A stretch of DNA of 16,217 nt, taken from the NCBI GenBank assembly GCA_051003155.1, contig JBPCLO010000032.1, positions 1 to 16,217 of the forward strand, in the 5' to 3' direction. The notes beneath the pieces are model-generated. The model was not told where the DNA came from, made no database searches, and saw nothing but the letters and a program-made list of their open reading frames with translations. Within the stretch, counting starts at the first letter, position 1. Each line of letters begins with the position of its first letter. Source of the DNA: Fimbriimonadales bacterium (GTDB taxonomy: Bacteria > Armatimonadota > Fimbriimonadia > Fimbriimonadales > ATM1). A program made the translations under genes and the position numbers. Of this stretch, positions 15,190 through 16,217 are shown in pieces.

Positions 15190-16214
15190 ACATTCTCGTA
15201 ACCGGCGGCGCGGGGTTTATCGGGAGCAACCTTTGCCGGCTGATCCTCGAGGAGCATCCCGAGGATCAGGTTTCGGTGCTGGATGCGCTGACCTACGCCG
15301 GGAACCTCAGCACGATAGAGGACCTCGAGACAAACGAGCGGTTTCGGTTTCATCAGGGTCGGATCGAGGATGGGACCGCCGTGCGGCGGGTTCTGAAGGA
15401 CGATCACATCGATGCGGTGATCAACTGCGCTGCCGAGACGCACAACGACCGGAGCCTTTTGGAGGCGGGGGTTTTCCTTACGACAAACGTTATGGGGGTC
15501 TGCGTACTTCTTGAAATCGTCCGCGAGATGAAAATTCCGAAGCTCGTCCATGTTTCGACCGACGAGGTCTACGGGTCGACGGCGACAGGCGAGTTCACAG
15601 AGGAATCGCCGCTAAAGCCCAATACGCCGTATAGCGCGAGCAAAGCCGCGGGCGATTTGCTGTGTCGCGCCCACTTTGTTTCGTACGAGACGCCGGTGGT
15701 TGTGACTCGTGGTGGGAATACCTACGGGCCGTATCAATATCCGGAAAAGTTGATCTCATTCTTCGCGACGCGCCTTGTCGACAACAAGAAGGTGCCGGTA
15801 TACAGCGAGGGCGAGCAGGTCCGCGAATGGATTCACGTCCGCGACCATGCCGCCGGAATCGATGCGGCGCTGCGAAAGGGCGGGCCGGGGCAGGTTTACA
15901 ACATCTCGGACAAGAACGAGCGGATGAACAAAGAGATCGTGCAGGTGCTGCTGGAACGGCTCGGGAAGGGGAACGAGTTGGTGAAGAAGATTCCCGACCC
16001 TCGGAAAGGAGCGCACGACATGCGCTACAGCATGTCTTCGGATAAATTGCAGGGGATCGGCTGGGCTCCCGAGGTTCCGTTCGCGGAAGGACTCGGGGAG
16101 ACGATCGACTGGTACGCGCACCACCAGGGCTGGTGGGGGACAATGGGCGCCAAACCCAAAGACCAAGAAGTTCTGCAACAGATCTCCCACCCCCTCTTTG
16201 GTGAGGAACCGTAG
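15186..16214 (+). CDS. rfbB: dTDP-glucose 4,6-dehydratase
   Basis: TGGAGFIG, DALTYAGN, STDEVYG, YSASK, YGPYQYPEK and HDMRY motifs. Confidence 0.96.
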   Translation: MNILVTGGAGFIGSNLCRLILEEHPEDQVSVLDALTYAGNLSTIEDLETNERFRFHQGRIEDGTAVRRVLKDDHIDAVINCAAETHNDRSLLEAGVFLTTNVMGVCVLLEIVREMKIPKLVHVSTDEVYGSTATGEFTEESPLKPNTPYSASKAAGDLLCRAHFVSYETPVVVTRGGNTYGPYQYPEKLISFFATRLVDNKKVPVYSEGEQVREWIHVRDHAAGIDAALRKGGPGQVYNISDKNERMNKEIVQVLLERLGKGNELVKKIPDPRKGAHDMRYSMSSDKLQGIGWAPEVPFAEGLGETIDWYAHHQGWWGTMGAKPKDQEVLQQISHPLFGEEP

Positions 16215-16217
16215 ATT

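Noticed and set aside
16130..16214. Atypical RfbB C-terminus
   Set aside because: It is at the window edge and this tail is variable in the family; it cannot be distinguished from sequence error.

Overview
GC-rich bacterial chromosomal segment. The gene repertoire (PEP-CTERM protein, prepilin/DUF1559-type protein, leaderless-looking promoters) suggests Armatimonadota (Fimbriimonadia-like); this is inference. The minus strand carries luxR-type HTH, ECF sigma, anti-sigma-like protein, prepilin-type protein, tRNA-Pro(GGG), a frameshifted PEP-CTERM gene and a 54-aa membrane peptide. It continues into a ribosome-related cluster: rpmE-rpmG-rpmF, G5/3D cell-wall enzyme, rsmA, obgE, nadD, rsfS. Then come a TPR membrane protein, a membrane zinc-ribbon protein with an L7/L12-CTD-like domain, two tandem paralogous membrane proteins (one frameshifted), a 21-bp dyad-repeat array and an FN3-domain gene that runs off the window. 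The plus strand carries one hypothetical membrane gene, a large Met-zincin metalloprotease and rfbC-rfbB. Highlights are the phased 21-bp palindromic array, two ECF-type promoters of identical geometry, a His-containing leader peptide with a structured leader upstream of the metalloprotease, and the membrane-tethered L12-like domain. Several single-base frameshifts and odd gene ends near both window edges suggest residual sequencing error.
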